From an uncultured Gammaproteobacteria bacterium (lineage in GTDB: Bacteria; Patescibacteriota; Patescibacteriia; VMEV01; CAYQCH01): a stretch of DNA of 64,000 nt. Below the pieces are notes generated by a model, which worked only from the letters and a program-made list of their open reading frames with translations, searched no databases and was not told the DNA's origin. Shown one piece after another: positions 9,614-18,626 of this stretch (within the stretch, counting starts at the first letter, position 1; the number at the start of each line of letters is the position of its first letter). The stretch covers positions 16,181 through 80,180 of the forward strand of contig CAZDCG010000004.1 in the NCBI GenBank assembly GCA_964503955.1, in the 5' to 3' direction. Made by a program: the position numbers and the translations under genes.

Positions 9614-10816
9614 ATGCAATTAGAAATGAAAAAAAGCCCGTTTCTCAGCCAGATGGCGAGAGAGCGCAGACTGATAAGGCTTTGTATCCTGCTTATTTGC
9701 GGGGTCGGCCTGATCGGTCTGATTCTGTATTATGTCACAGTCGGGGCATTTATCCAGTATGTTCATCCTCTCCTGCGCAATGAGACGGAATTTTATCTAT
9801 CGGTAGAAACCGGCTCGCTGCAATTGCCGATCGCAAAAGAATTGCTGGCTTCTCTGCTTGGCGAGGATTCCGTTCAGGAGCTTGAAGAAATGCAAACGGT
9901 ATTTTCGCACACGTCGTTTGAAGGCTACGGAATTCTTCAGGAAGCAGGGGAGCGATACTGGTTTGTGAAGAATCCGCAAGAAGACATTGTTGTTCCCGAA
10001 TCTCTGATGCTTACGGATAAAACGATCAATCATCAGCGATATCTTATTTTTGGCAGCAAGCCCTGGGAACAAGATCAAGCGGCCTTTTCACTTCGGGATT
10101 TCAAAAAACAGCTTAATTACGTCAATAAACAAGGCAAATCTATTTCCCTGCTTTTATTCAGCCGGATGAACGGAGCAGCTCTTTACGGTGTCGCGTATCG
10201 AGAAAACGGAGGGCTGCGCATGGAGATGGGGAAATCAACAAAAGAGTTCTTTCAAGTTCTTGAGCAGCGTGAACAAAGAGCGGGCGTATTCTCTCTTTTC
10301 TCTGAAACAACCCCGGTTATCTTCCCACTCGCTCGTGAAACAGCAGCTCCCCAGCTGGCCTTTGAAGACGCGCTCTGGCCTGGAGAATGGACGCTCTTAG
10401 AGGGCACGCCGGATAATGTATTGCGCAATCCCTATGATGCAGAGTCGCAGTGGTTCTGGTCCGGCCAAGATGAAGATCGGCTGCGCGAAGCCATCCTTTC
10501 GGATTTAGCCTTCTTATATCCGGCGAGCGAACCGCACGAATTGCCGGACGGCTCAATTGTCTTTGAAGTGAGGCGCAGCAGCCCTGAAACCTTTGAACAG
10601 AGCGGCCCCGCGGGCGAGCAATTGCCGATTACCTTTCCCGGCGGACAGGTATTTGTCAGTGAAGGCAAGGTTTCCCGCGGAAGCGAAGACCCCGGAAAGC
10701 GAATAAATACCTGCGTATTGCCTTTGGCATCAAGCTACGGATATCTTCGCTCGGATGCCCTGTGGACAGACTGGCAATTCAGTTTCCGCGACGGGCATTT
10801 TATTGCCTGCTTATAG
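9614..10816 (+). CDS. Hypothetical membrane-anchored extracytoplasmic protein
   Basis: 400-aa ORF with a single N-terminal TM helix (ILLICGVGLIGLILYYVTVGAF); no recognisable domain. Confidence 0.45.
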   Translation: MQLEMKKSPFLSQMARERRLIRLCILLICGVGLIGLILYYVTVGAFIQYVHPLLRNETEFYLSVETGSLQLPIAKELLASLLGEDSVQELEEMQTVFSHTSFEGYGILQEAGERYWFVKNPQEDIVVPESLMLTDKTINHQRYLIFGSKPWEQDQAAFSLRDFKKQLNYVNKQGKSISLLLFSRMNGAALYGVAYRENGGLRMEMGKSTKEFFQVLEQREQRAGVFSLFSETTPVIFPLARETAAPQLAFEDALWPGEWTLLEGTPDNVLRNPYDAESQWFWSGQDEDRLREAILSDLAFLYPASEPHELPDGSIVFEVRRSSPETFEQSGPAGEQLPITFPGGQVFVSEGKVSRGSEDPGKRINTCVLPLASSYGYLRSDALWTDWQFSFRDGHFIACL

Positions 10817-10924
10817 ATTGAATACGGAAATTGTCCGGATTCCCACAGAAGGTTTTCTTCCTGTGGAAAATCCGCAACAATTGCTAATATTAGCTATTGA
10901 TACCAGTGGATAAGTTTGCGGGAC

Positions 10925-10954
10925 TTGCGTCTGCTTGCGGGAAAATAGTATAAT
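10925..10954 (+). promoter_or_regulatory. Sigma70-like promoter (TTGCGT-18 nt-TATAAT) at the start of a 0.55 kb ORF-free transcription unit
   Basis: Near-consensus hexamers with 18-nt spacing; no ORF of 60 aa or more downstream until 11514. Confidence 0.3.
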
Positions 10955-11450
10955 TTGCTCAGAAACAAAAATAAAAGCGAAGACGGATCATTTCCGTCAT
11001 GTGAATCCTTCCATTTTTATTGCTCTTTCCCGTAAAAAAGCTGAGACTTTGCTTCTGAACCCTACGCGCGCTCAGAGCCGATCCCATGATCTGGCCTGAG
11101 GATGAGTCGGAACCGGATTTCTCGGCTGTTCTGCGAAATAAGGGATTGCCTCAACCAATCCTCCTCAAATAAAAAGAAAAGCGAAAAAATATCGTACTCC
11201 TTACCCGGAGAAAGGGTCTTTTGGGGGACAAAAGGCCGAGAAGCGATATCTCATTAGCCGGGGTTTGCGCGAACATCGAATGCGTCGATCAGCGCCGGAC
11301 TGCCGCTGTTATGGGAAAACGCTTAGCCGTCTCTTTAGAAGACGGCACCGCTCAAAGTTGAGACGAGCTGTATCGAAATGTTCCTTCGTCTTACGCGAGA
11401 AAGTCTGTGATTTTCATTGATTTTCTTGCGTAAGGCGAGGAACCCGATCA

Positions 11451-11500
11451 AAGCGGGCTGCGCCTATTTCAGGGCTGTATGCCCGCTTTTCATTTTTCTC
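11451..11500 (+). terminator. Weak terminator-like hairpin (aagcgggc...gcccgctt + ttttcattttt) closing the ORF-free unit
   Basis: 8-bp GC stem, large loop, T-rich tail. Confidence 0.3.
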
Positions 11501-11513
11501 TGTCTGCGGTATA

Positions 11514-11924
11514 GTGTATTTCGACCTGATGGAGAAATCGGGTTTCTCGTCTATCCTTAACAAAAAAGATATGGATCAGAACATACTGAATCAGATCAAA
11601 ACAAGCCTTGAAGATCGTAAAGCCGAGCTGGAAAAAGAGCTCTCTACATTAAGAGAATCCAATGGAGAAGTCCGTTACGATGATATCGGCGATGAAGAGG
11701 ACGCAAATGCACAGGAAGTCACCCAATACAGTGACCGCCTTTCCATTGTGACTGAGCTTGAAAAGCACCTGCAGGATGTGAATAAATCGCTGTCCATGAT
11801 TGAAGAAGGTACCTACGGCATCTGCAAATATTGCAAAAAAGAAATCAATCCGCAGCGTCTGCTTGCACGCCCCGCGTCAAGCTCATGCGTGGAATGCAAA
11901 GCGACCCTGCAAGGGGAACGCTAA
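11514..11924 (+). CDS. DksA/TraR-family C4 zinc-finger protein (alternative starts at 11529 or 11571)
   Basis: Coiled-coil N-terminal part and C-terminal CKYCKKEINPQRLLARPASSSCVECK (CxxC-17-CxxC) typical of DksA/TraR. Confidence 0.6.
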   Translation: MYFDLMEKSGFSSILNKKDMDQNILNQIKTSLEDRKAELEKELSTLRESNGEVRYDDIGDEEDANAQEVTQYSDRLSIVTELEKHLQDVNKSLSMIEEGTYGICKYCKKEINPQRLLARPASSSCVECKATLQGER

Positions 11925-11925
11925 T

Positions 11926-12399
11926 ATGACCACCGTGCTTGCGAAGCACAGTACTGGAGTGATCGCGCTGTTTTTGCTCGATCAACTCTCCAAACAATGG
12001 CTGCGTCTGCATCAAACAGACGCTCTTTTGTTTCAACATGATGTTATTTCCCTCTCTATCAGGGCCAGCCTGAATCATGAGCTGGCCTTTAGCATACCGG
12101 CCCCTCAATGGCTGATTTATGCGATCGTCATGCCATTGCTTGCTATTGTGGGCGCACTTTGGGTTTCACAGGCCAAGGCAATGAAGCCTGGTGCCGTATG
12201 GCTCACGCTTATTCTGGCGGGCGCGCTCGGCAATTTATTCGACCGGCTGGTGCTTGGAGGAGTTGTGGATTTTGTGGAGCTGGCGATTTCGCAATTCAGC
12301 TGGTCAAGCTTTAATCTGGCAGACCTTTTTATTGTGATCGGAATTCTTGGCTGGATTTATTCTGAGTCTTTTCCTTCCCGCTCTCTTGAAAACAACTGA
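11926..12399 (+). CDS. lspA: Lipoprotein signal peptidase (signal peptidase II)
   Basis: 4-TM protein with a FNLAD motif (SWSSFNLADLFIVIGI) and conserved Asn/Asp residues; the ATG at 11926 immediately follows the dksA-like stop. Confidence 0.8.
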   Translation: MTTVLAKHSTGVIALFLLDQLSKQWLRLHQTDALLFQHDVISLSIRASLNHELAFSIPAPQWLIYAIVMPLLAIVGALWVSQAKAMKPGAVWLTLILAGALGNLFDRLVLGGVVDFVELAISQFSWSSFNLADLFIVIGILGWIYSESFPSRSLENN

Positions 12400-12467
12400 A
12401 CGTTTTTTTTCGGAGTCATTGCTGTCAAGTGATAAATCTGCTATACTTGACCTATCAAGCCCACACC

Positions 12468-12495
12468 CCGTTGCCATCAGGCAACGGATTTTTTT
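12468..12495 (+). terminator. Hairpin plus U-run (ccgttgcc-atca-ggcaacgg-attttttt) ending 1 nt before the comM start codon
   Basis: Perfect 8-bp stem followed by T7; its placement against the next start codon is unusual. Confidence 0.5.
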
Positions 12496-13986
12496 ATGGC
12501 CGCAGCAAAAACACTATCAGCCTGCCTTGTGGGGGTGCAGGCTCAGCTCATAGAAGTGGAGGCGGATCAGCGCTCGGGATTTGTCGCCACCCATATCGTC
12601 GGCTTGCCGGACAAGGCCTGCGCGGAAGCAAAGGAGCGGGTAAAAAGCGCCGTTCGCAATACAGGAAATAAATTGCCGCTGGGGCAGTTTACGTTCAACC
12701 TGGCGCCTGCCGACCTGCCGAAAAGCGGAGCGGGATTTGATCTGGCGATGGCCATTGCCATGCTTGTGCGCACCAAGGTGCTTGATCAGCGGCAGGTGGA
12801 GGACGTTCTCTTTCTTGGCGAGCTGGCGCTTGACGGACAATTGCGCTCCGTTCCCGGCGTACTCGCCGCCGTCCAGCTTGCCGCGCAGAAAAACATGCGA
12901 GCATGCGTGGTTCCAAAAGCTAATCAGGTGGAGGCCGGCTTTGTAAAAGGCATGAAGGTATATGCTGCCGAACAATTGAAGGAAGTTATTCTTCATTTAA
13001 AAGGCGGACCTGCTTTGCCGCTGGTCCCTGAACAAACACACCTGAAAACGGAGTCCGCCTACCCGGTTGATCTCAAAGACATTGTCGGGCAGGCATTTTG
13101 CAAACGTGCGCTTGAGATTGCCGCTGTTGCCGGCCACAATGTCCTGCTTTCAGGTCCTCCAGGATCTGGCAAATCCATGCTTGCAAAAGCGCTTATCTCT
13201 TTGCTGCCTCCCATTAAGATAGAAGAGGCTATCGACATTACTCGTATCTACAGCGCCGCCGGCCTGCTGACAAAACAATCTGAATGCATAAGCCGACGCC
13301 CTTTCCGCAGCCCTCATCATAGCGCCTCGGCCGTCGCGTTGATTGGCGGCGGTTCCGTTCCAAAGCCGGGAGAGATCAGCCTCGCACATCGCGGCGTTTT
13401 GTTTCTTGACGAGCTGCTTGAATTTCCACGCCCTGTACTTGAAACGCTCCGCCAGCCGCTTGAAGACAAGGTGGTGAGCATATCGCGCGCGAGACAAAGC
13501 GTGCAATTTCCGGCTGATGTTCTGCTTGTCGGGGCGATGAATCCCTGCCCATGCGGTTATGCCAGCGATCCGGAACGGCAATGCGTCTGTTCAAGCGTGA
13601 GCCTGCGTTCCTATAGGCGCCGGCTTTCAGGGCCATTGCTTGACCGTATCGATCTCTTTTTAGAAGTGCCTCGTCTGCCTTGGAAGGATTTGGTCGATGC
13701 CGGCCAAGAAGAATCGTCGCAAGCCGTGCGCCAGAGAGTTTGTGCCGCAGGAGACGTGCTCGCCTCGGTCAAACAGGCGCTCGACTTAAAAGAATTAAAA
13801 CGTTTGTTGCAGCCAGAAGCAGCCCGGCTCTTGTCACAAGCTCACGAACATTACCAGCTCTCTAATCGTGCCATTGTCCGCCTGCTTCGCGTGGCATTAA
13901 GCATTGCCGCATTGGAAGGAAAGGATTTGATCAGCACGGATTATCTGGCCGAAGCGCTGCAGTATCGTTTGCCGGCAACGGATTGA
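12496..13986 (+). CDS. comM: Mg-chelatase-like AAA+ ATPase ComM/YifB
   Basis: N-terminal Lon-like domain (ACLVGVQAQLIEVEAD), Walker A LLSGPPGSGKSM, and a C-terminal Mg-chelatase subunit ChlI-like region. Confidence 0.85.
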   Translation: MAAAKTLSACLVGVQAQLIEVEADQRSGFVATHIVGLPDKACAEAKERVKSAVRNTGNKLPLGQFTFNLAPADLPKSGAGFDLAMAIAMLVRTKVLDQRQVEDVLFLGELALDGQLRSVPGVLAAVQLAAQKNMRACVVPKANQVEAGFVKGMKVYAAEQLKEVILHLKGGPALPLVPEQTHLKTESAYPVDLKDIVGQAFCKRALEIAAVAGHNVLLSGPPGSGKSMLAKALISLLPPIKIEEAIDITRIYSAAGLLTKQSECISRRPFRSPHHSASAVALIGGGSVPKPGEISLAHRGVLFLDELLEFPRPVLETLRQPLEDKVVSISRARQSVQFPADVLLVGAMNPCPCGYASDPERQCVCSSVSLRSYRRRLSGPLLDRIDLFLEVPRLPWKDLVDAGQEESSQAVRQRVCAAGDVLASVKQALDLKELKRLLQPEAARLLSQAHEHYQLSNRAIVRLLRVALSIAALEGKDLISTDYLAEALQYRLPATD

Positions 13987-14267
13987 CAAAGTCAGGCCTA
14001 TCCTCCAGGGTAAAGGACGGGGGAGGAGGTTTTGGCATGCTCAAGCCGAGGAAGATGACTTCGCTGATGAACTCCACGCTGAGGATCACGTTTCTCAAGC
14101 GCGCGATCGAGATCTTTAGGCTGTATCGCTTCGGGGGAGACGCCCCCAAAACATCAATGGCTCCGCGTTCCGTAAAAGGGAGGCGGAGCCTGTGTCTTTT
14201 CAGGCCTGAAATCTCTTGACAATATTCCTCTTTTACGCTACGATACGACGTTCCTTAAATACACTCT

Positions 14268-14429
14268 ATGCTCCTTATGATCCTCTTGCTGCTGGCAATG
14301 GCTGTATTGGCTCTTGTCTCGTGGCTTGCAAAAGGCGTGGAGGGTCAAACGCTCAGAGCTGAGATGCAGCGCATGGAAATGGAACTCGCCGAATTTGAAC
14401 GTCTGATTAAAGCGTCTCACCGGCAATAA
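14268..14429 (+). CDS. Unannotated 53-aa single-TM small protein (MLLMILLLLAMAVLALVSWLAKG...)
   Basis: Intact ORF below the 60-aa track cutoff, with a perfect terminator immediately downstream; no obvious SD. Confidence 0.4.
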   Translation: MLLMILLLLAMAVLALVSWLAKGVEGQTLRAEMQRMEMELAEFERLIKASHRQ

Positions 14430-14460
14430 AAAAATTCCCTCTTTTGGAGGGATTTTTTTA
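14430..14460. terminator. Bidirectional rho-independent terminator (tccctc-ttttg-gaggga flanked by A6 and T7)
   Basis: Serves the small ORF on + and the M23 peptidase gene on -. Confidence 0.7.
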
Positions 14461-15702
14461 TCTGACGTAGAGGAGAGGATTCTGCCGTACGCCGTTGAGA
14501 TAAATTTCGAAATGCAAATGCGTTCCGGTTGAGAATCCCGTGGTTCCAACCATGGCAAGCACTTCGCCTTTTTCTACGCGTTGGCCCACATTTACAAAAA
14601 TTTTGCTGGCATGTGCATAGCGCGTTTTAAATCCATTCTCGTGATTTACAACAATCTGCAGACCATAGCCTGTGCCCCAGCCGGATACTTCAACCACACC
14701 GGCATCAGACGCGTAAATCGGTGAATCATAATGGCCGTCAATATCAAGACCGGTATGCGTCCATCCCCAGTATTGCGTGATCACTCTGCCCGAAGTCGGC
14801 CAGACCATACCGGAACCTTCTTCCTGAGAAGGTGAGGGTTTGGTAAAGACGGATTGAATTTCGTCGATGGTGGGTGCCGTTCGAACAATGCGCACAGGAG
14901 TCGGCGCCATGCGAGGGGGGCGTCCGCCCGGAACGATAAGTTCTTGTCCCGGCGTAATGGTGTCTTCTTCGTCGAGCTTGTTATACGCGCGGATTTCCGC
15001 TTCGCTGACATCGTAATTATTCGCAAGCTTGCTGAGCGTGTCGCCAGACTTTACCGTATGCTGAACACCGTCGGTAGGGAGAATCGTCAATTCCTGCCCC
15101 GGGCGGATATAATCTCTTGCGCCAAGATCATTGGCCCAAAGAATGGTGCTGCTTGCCAGGCCAAAAAGCGAAGCAATGGTGCTGATGGTGTCTCCGCTTT
15201 TGACAATGTAGACTTCGGTTTTTGTGCGGATTTTTCTTGGACGTTCAACTCCGTTGTCGGCAATACCCGTGGACGGGCTGATGGCAGAAATAGCGCTGCC
15301 TCCGGTAACAAGGAGAGCCTGCTGTTCGGCAACAGGAATAATCTGATCGGAAGCATAAGCAAAAGATGGATTTACTCCATATGCCTGTCCCAAATAGGAA
15401 GAGGTGCTTGCGAGACTGGTCTGAGCTGCGGTTTCTTCAATCAGCTCTAGATCATCTCCTCCGATTGCCTGAAAGAGAAGGCTGCCCTGCCCGCCGCTAT
15501 TTGGAAGAGTGCGGGCTTGGAGGTGTACGGTGGTGAATCCAAAAATCAGCAGCACCATCGCGATATGAATGGCGGGCTTGGCGATCAGCGGGTAGAAGTA
15601 TTTGTTCTTTGCCGGTCCAAGGGATTTTTCAACGCGCTTTTTGGAGCGGAGTCCAAAGGTGTAAACAGGTACAACCAGATGGCGGTAGCATTTTTTTACC
15701 AA
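14458..15702 (-). CDS. Membrane-anchored LysM-LysM-M23 peptidase (peptidoglycan endopeptidase)
   Basis: TM helix; two LysM motifs (YIVKSGDTISTIASLFG, HTVKSGDTLSKLANNY); C-terminal M23 motifs HTGLDI...HLHFEI. Confidence 0.85.
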   Translation of the reverse strand: MVKKCYRHLVVPVYTFGLRSKKRVEKSLGPAKNKYFYPLIAKPAIHIAMVLLIFGFTTVHLQARTLPNSGGQGSLLFQAIGGDDLELIEETAAQTSLASTSSYLGQAYGVNPSFAYASDQIIPVAEQQALLVTGGSAISAISPSTGIADNGVERPRKIRTKTEVYIVKSGDTISTIASLFGLASSTILWANDLGARDYIRPGQELTILPTDGVQHTVKSGDTLSKLANNYDVSEAEIRAYNKLDEEDTITPGQELIVPGGRPPRMAPTPVRIVRTAPTIDEIQSVFTKPSPSQEEGSGMVWPTSGRVITQYWGWTHTGLDIDGHYDSPIYASDAGVVEVSGWGTGYGLQIVVNHENGFKTRYAHASKIFVNVGQRVEKGEVLAMVGTTGFSTGTHLHFEIYLNGVRQNPLLYVR

Positions 15703-16609
15703 CCAAAAAACCGGCCTGAAAACAAACCGGAAAAATACCCTCGCTGCAGTGCCGAGGTATTGGATTGCACGTAGGATTGTTAGTAATACGCGAAAGAAAA
15801 GGCGTTTTACAGGGCGGGGGATAGAGCAAGTCTTTCCCGATTAACCCGAAGGCTCCCACTTTGTCAACAAGATCTCAATGCCGGAAGCTGCCAGAATGCC
15901 GGGAGTTGCTAAGGATTAATTTAACGTAAGAAAAAACAGGAGAGTCGACATCGGCCCTCACTGTTTTGATACACGAATATTAGCGTTTTCTGGCAGAGTT
16001 GTCAACCATTTTCCAGATTTCTTAACTAATGTTAGCACAAAAATGATTAGCATCGAGTATGGCTGGCTTTCCTCTGGCATCTGGTTTCAAGATCCATTTC
16101 TAAATCTAACCCACCCGATACGATCTGACGTTCCAGGTACAAATAAGATGTAAAGGATAAGACATAGATGAGATGGTTCTCTCTCGAGAGAAGCTTCCCC
16201 CCTCTTGAAAAGAGGGGTAAGGATAAACCAAGAGCAAAGATAGATGGTCTTGGGGGATTTCTTTATAAAGCAATCAACAACGAAAAAGCCCCTCAATAAA
16301 GAGGAGCTTTCTTAGCATCCAAAAAGAATGTGCAGAAATAACAGGCGGCGTCATCGTACAGTCACAGAATAAATAGTTGTCTAACTCGTTATGCCGCACT
16401 TGCGGATCGCAAGCATTGGATCCGCTGATAACCTGTTGTTTTTTCGTACCCCGACAAAGGCCGCGCACTGGCTGCGCAATCTTTGTCGAGGGATGAGATG
16501 GTTGCGTACTATCCTTTCCGCCACGTTCATCAGCGATAAACGCAATGGGTAGGTGCCAGGCGGCCGCGCGGGTATGCGCAGCCGCCTGGCGGGGAGCCGG
16601 GATCGTGCT

Positions 16610-16729
16610 CTAGCTGTAGTAGCCCTCCCAGAACTGGCGGTTGGCCCGGCGCATGTGCTCGTGCGCCGTGATCAGGGTGGCGTACTTCTCAGCCAGCTTG
16701 GCGATGCGGTGCTGCTCGTTGTTCAACAT
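16610..16729 (-). CDS. Island ORF P1, 39 aa, hypothetical
   Basis: High-GC3 codons; SD AAGGAGGG 9 nt upstream of the ATG. Confidence 0.35.
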   Translation of the reverse strand: MLNNEQHRIAKLAEKYATLITAHEHMRRANRQFWEGYYS

Positions 16730-16905
16730 GTTAAGGGCCCTCCTTCTTACTTGGCCCCCGCAATCGATCAAGATATCGTCTGTGAATCTGAGAAGTCTTC
16801 AGAGTCTGTAATATCTTGCTCAATTATGGGGGCGCGTCGTTCGTGCATCCAATCCTTGGTGGGGACGGGACGACGAACGACTCGCTTGTGCTGCCCCGGG
16901 AGGGG

Positions 16906-17139
16906 CTAGCGGAGGAAGAACTCGATCTTGCTCTCCTCCTCGTCGAGGCCGATGGCGTCGTTGCTCAGCTCGAGCGAGATGAGCAGGCGCTCGTCCTGCG
17001 GGATGCGAGCGAGAAGGCGGTTGACCCCGCGCTCGTCGCCGTCCTGCACGGCCTTCTTGAACGCATCGCCGAGCCGGGGCTCGACCATCGAGAGAGCGTT
17101 CTGGATCTTCTTGAAGTTGTGCGTGATGGCCCAGTTCAT
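16906..17139 (-). CDS. Island ORF P2, 77 aa (MNWAITHNFKK...), hypothetical
   Basis: High GC3; SD GGAGGGAG upstream; the longer 113-aa ORF in the track probably over-extends the true start. Confidence 0.45.
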   Translation of the reverse strand: MNWAITHNFKKIQNALSMVEPRLGDAFKKAVQDGDERGVNRLLARIPQDERLLISLELSNDAIGLDEEESKIEFFLR

Positions 17140-17362
17140 GGACCTGACCTTTCTCCCTCCAAGGAGGGCGTTGAGAGTTGATCCTTCTTCTTCGGGATAA
17201 TCCCGCAGCTGGCATCCATCAAATGGATGGCAATTGCGGGGGGACAAGAGTTCCTGGGGTGGTTCTCTCGTCCCGAGGGGGAGCGAGCTCGATCTCGCGA
17301 GAGGCAGTCTGCCTCATCTGCAAGAGAGCTCGCTCCCCGGTCGGGTCGCCGGCGGCGAGGTG

Positions 17363-17506
17363 CTAGCGGCGGATGCCGCGCTGGTTCGCCCAGTTCCTGA
17401 CGAACCGGGCGCTGTCGCTCACGTAGTACGGCTTGCGGTCCTCGGCCTGCTTCTCCGTGGAGGTGGCGGGGGTGAGCGCGTCGTTCTTCGTGTTGGGGTT
17501 CGTCAT
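17363..17506 (-). CDS. Island ORF P3, 47 aa, with an Lsr2-like C-terminal DNA-binding motif (FVRNWANQRG versus Lsr2 IREWARRNG)
   Basis: High GC3; SD GAAGGAAAA upstream; motif resemblance recalled from memory only. Confidence 0.35.
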   Translation of the reverse strand: MTNPNTKNDALTPATSTEKQAEDRKPYYVSDSARFVRNWANQRGIRR

Positions 17507-17690
17507 GACGGTTTTCCTTCTTCTCCCAGGCGAACTGCCTGGTCCGGGTTTCCGGACGAGAAGCACAACCTTGTTCTGCTTCTTGTTCGGCCCGGTACAA
17601 CTTGCTTGCGCTGTGTACCGGGTCCCCGGGGGAGCTTCGCGCTCGTCGACTGAGTCGCGCGAAGCTGCCACCCCGGGTTGTCGTGTCGCC

Positions 17691-18224
17691 CTAGCCGACG
17701 TTGCGGATCAGCTTGTGCCGGTCCGAGCAGCGGCGCGGGCGGGGCGAGGCGCCGATGGAGGGCGAGCTCGTCACCGTGGTGACGGTCGTCCAGAGGCGCG
17801 ACTCGTCCGCGATCTTGCCGGCCGCCTCGTAGAGGGCGGCGCGGGCGCGGCGGCTCTTGGGGTTCTTGTCGCTGAGCTCCTGGGCCTTGTCGCGCAGCTC
17901 GCTCAGCTCCTTGCCCGTCGCGGTCTGGAGCTTGGTCTCGATCTCATCGAGCTGCTCGTCGAGCAGGCACTCGGCCTTGGTCTTGTCGTAGTAGGCACGG
18001 TTCTCGGCCCACCTGTTCTTCTCGGCACTGCGGCGCTTGGCCTGCTCGAGCTTCTTGGTGTGCTCGCGCTTGCGGAGCTTGCGCGCGCGGCGGGTCTCGC
18101 CCGTGCCGGACCTGGCGAACTTGCCGCCGGTGTGGCAGACGGGCGAGGGCGCGATGCTCTCGGCGTCCGGGACGGAGCCGAGCAGCTTGAGGAGCGTACC
18201 GACGCGGTTCTTCACGGTCTTCAC
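17691..18224 (-). CDS. Island ORF P4, about 177 aa, basic K/R/E-rich coiled-coil protein (probable GTG start), hypothetical
   Basis: Very high GC3 (aag/gag/ctc/cgc codons); SD GGAAGGAA before the GTG. Confidence 0.5.
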   Translation of the reverse strand: MKTVKNRVGTLLKLLGSVPDAESIAPSPVCHTGGKFARSGTGETRRARKLRKREHTKKLEQAKRRSAEKNRWAENRAYYDKTKAECLLDEQLDEIETKLQTATGKELSELRDKAQELSDKNPKSRRARAALYEAAGKIADESRLWTTVTTVTSSPSIGASPRPRRCSDRHKLIRNVG

Positions 18225-18347
18225 GTATTTCCTTCCTTCTTCTACCGGTTCATCCGGCCAGAGAACATCAAAGGTGATGCGTTCTGGTCGGTCCCGGAGC
18301 CCCACGCGGTTCGCGCGAAGCTCCGGAAGCGTTGCCGCAGCCGACCG

Positions 18348-18626
18348 CTAGGCGGTCTGCAGCTGGGGCGAGATGACGCGCGCGGTCGCCTGTTCGACGA
18401 GCTGGCGCATCCGCTCGCTGAGCCCGAGCGGAGTGATCTTCTCCGCCACGATCTCGATGAGCTCGTCCACGGACTTGACCTTGTCGAGCTCGTCCCTCAG
18501 CCAGCGGACGATCTGGTTGTCGTCCATGCCGACCTGGCTCGCGGGGATCTCCTCGCCGGTCTCGTGATCGACACAGTCCGGGACGAAGCCGTTCAGATTG
18601 CGGAGTTTCCATTCGACGAGAATCAT
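18348..18626 (-). CDS. Island ORF P5, 92 aa, acidic protein (MILVEWKLRNLNGFVPDCVDHETGEEIP...), hypothetical
   Basis: High GC3; SD AAAGGAGA 4-5 nt upstream of the ATG. Confidence 0.5.
   Translation of the reverse strand: MILVEWKLRNLNGFVPDCVDHETGEEIPASQVGMDDNQIVRWLRDELDKVKSVDELIEIVAEKITPLGLSERMRQLVEQATARVISPQLQTA

Noticed and set aside
10880-11500. Attempt to assign the ORF-free unit to tmRNA or RNase P RNA
   Set aside because: I could not find the tRNA-like 3' end (…GGTTCGA.TCC…CTCCACCA) or a tag ORF for tmRNA. Nor could I find the P4 GGAAAGTCCGGGC or GGTAAGAGCGCACC elements of RNase P, so the region is left unclassified.
17136-17600. 154-aa minus-strand ORF in the island (and other overlapping 100-130 aa ORFs at 16553-17215)
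   Set aside because: Frame artefacts of high GC: Pro/Arg/Gly-rich with low GC3 in parts, overlapping the SD-supported small ORFs P2 and P3.
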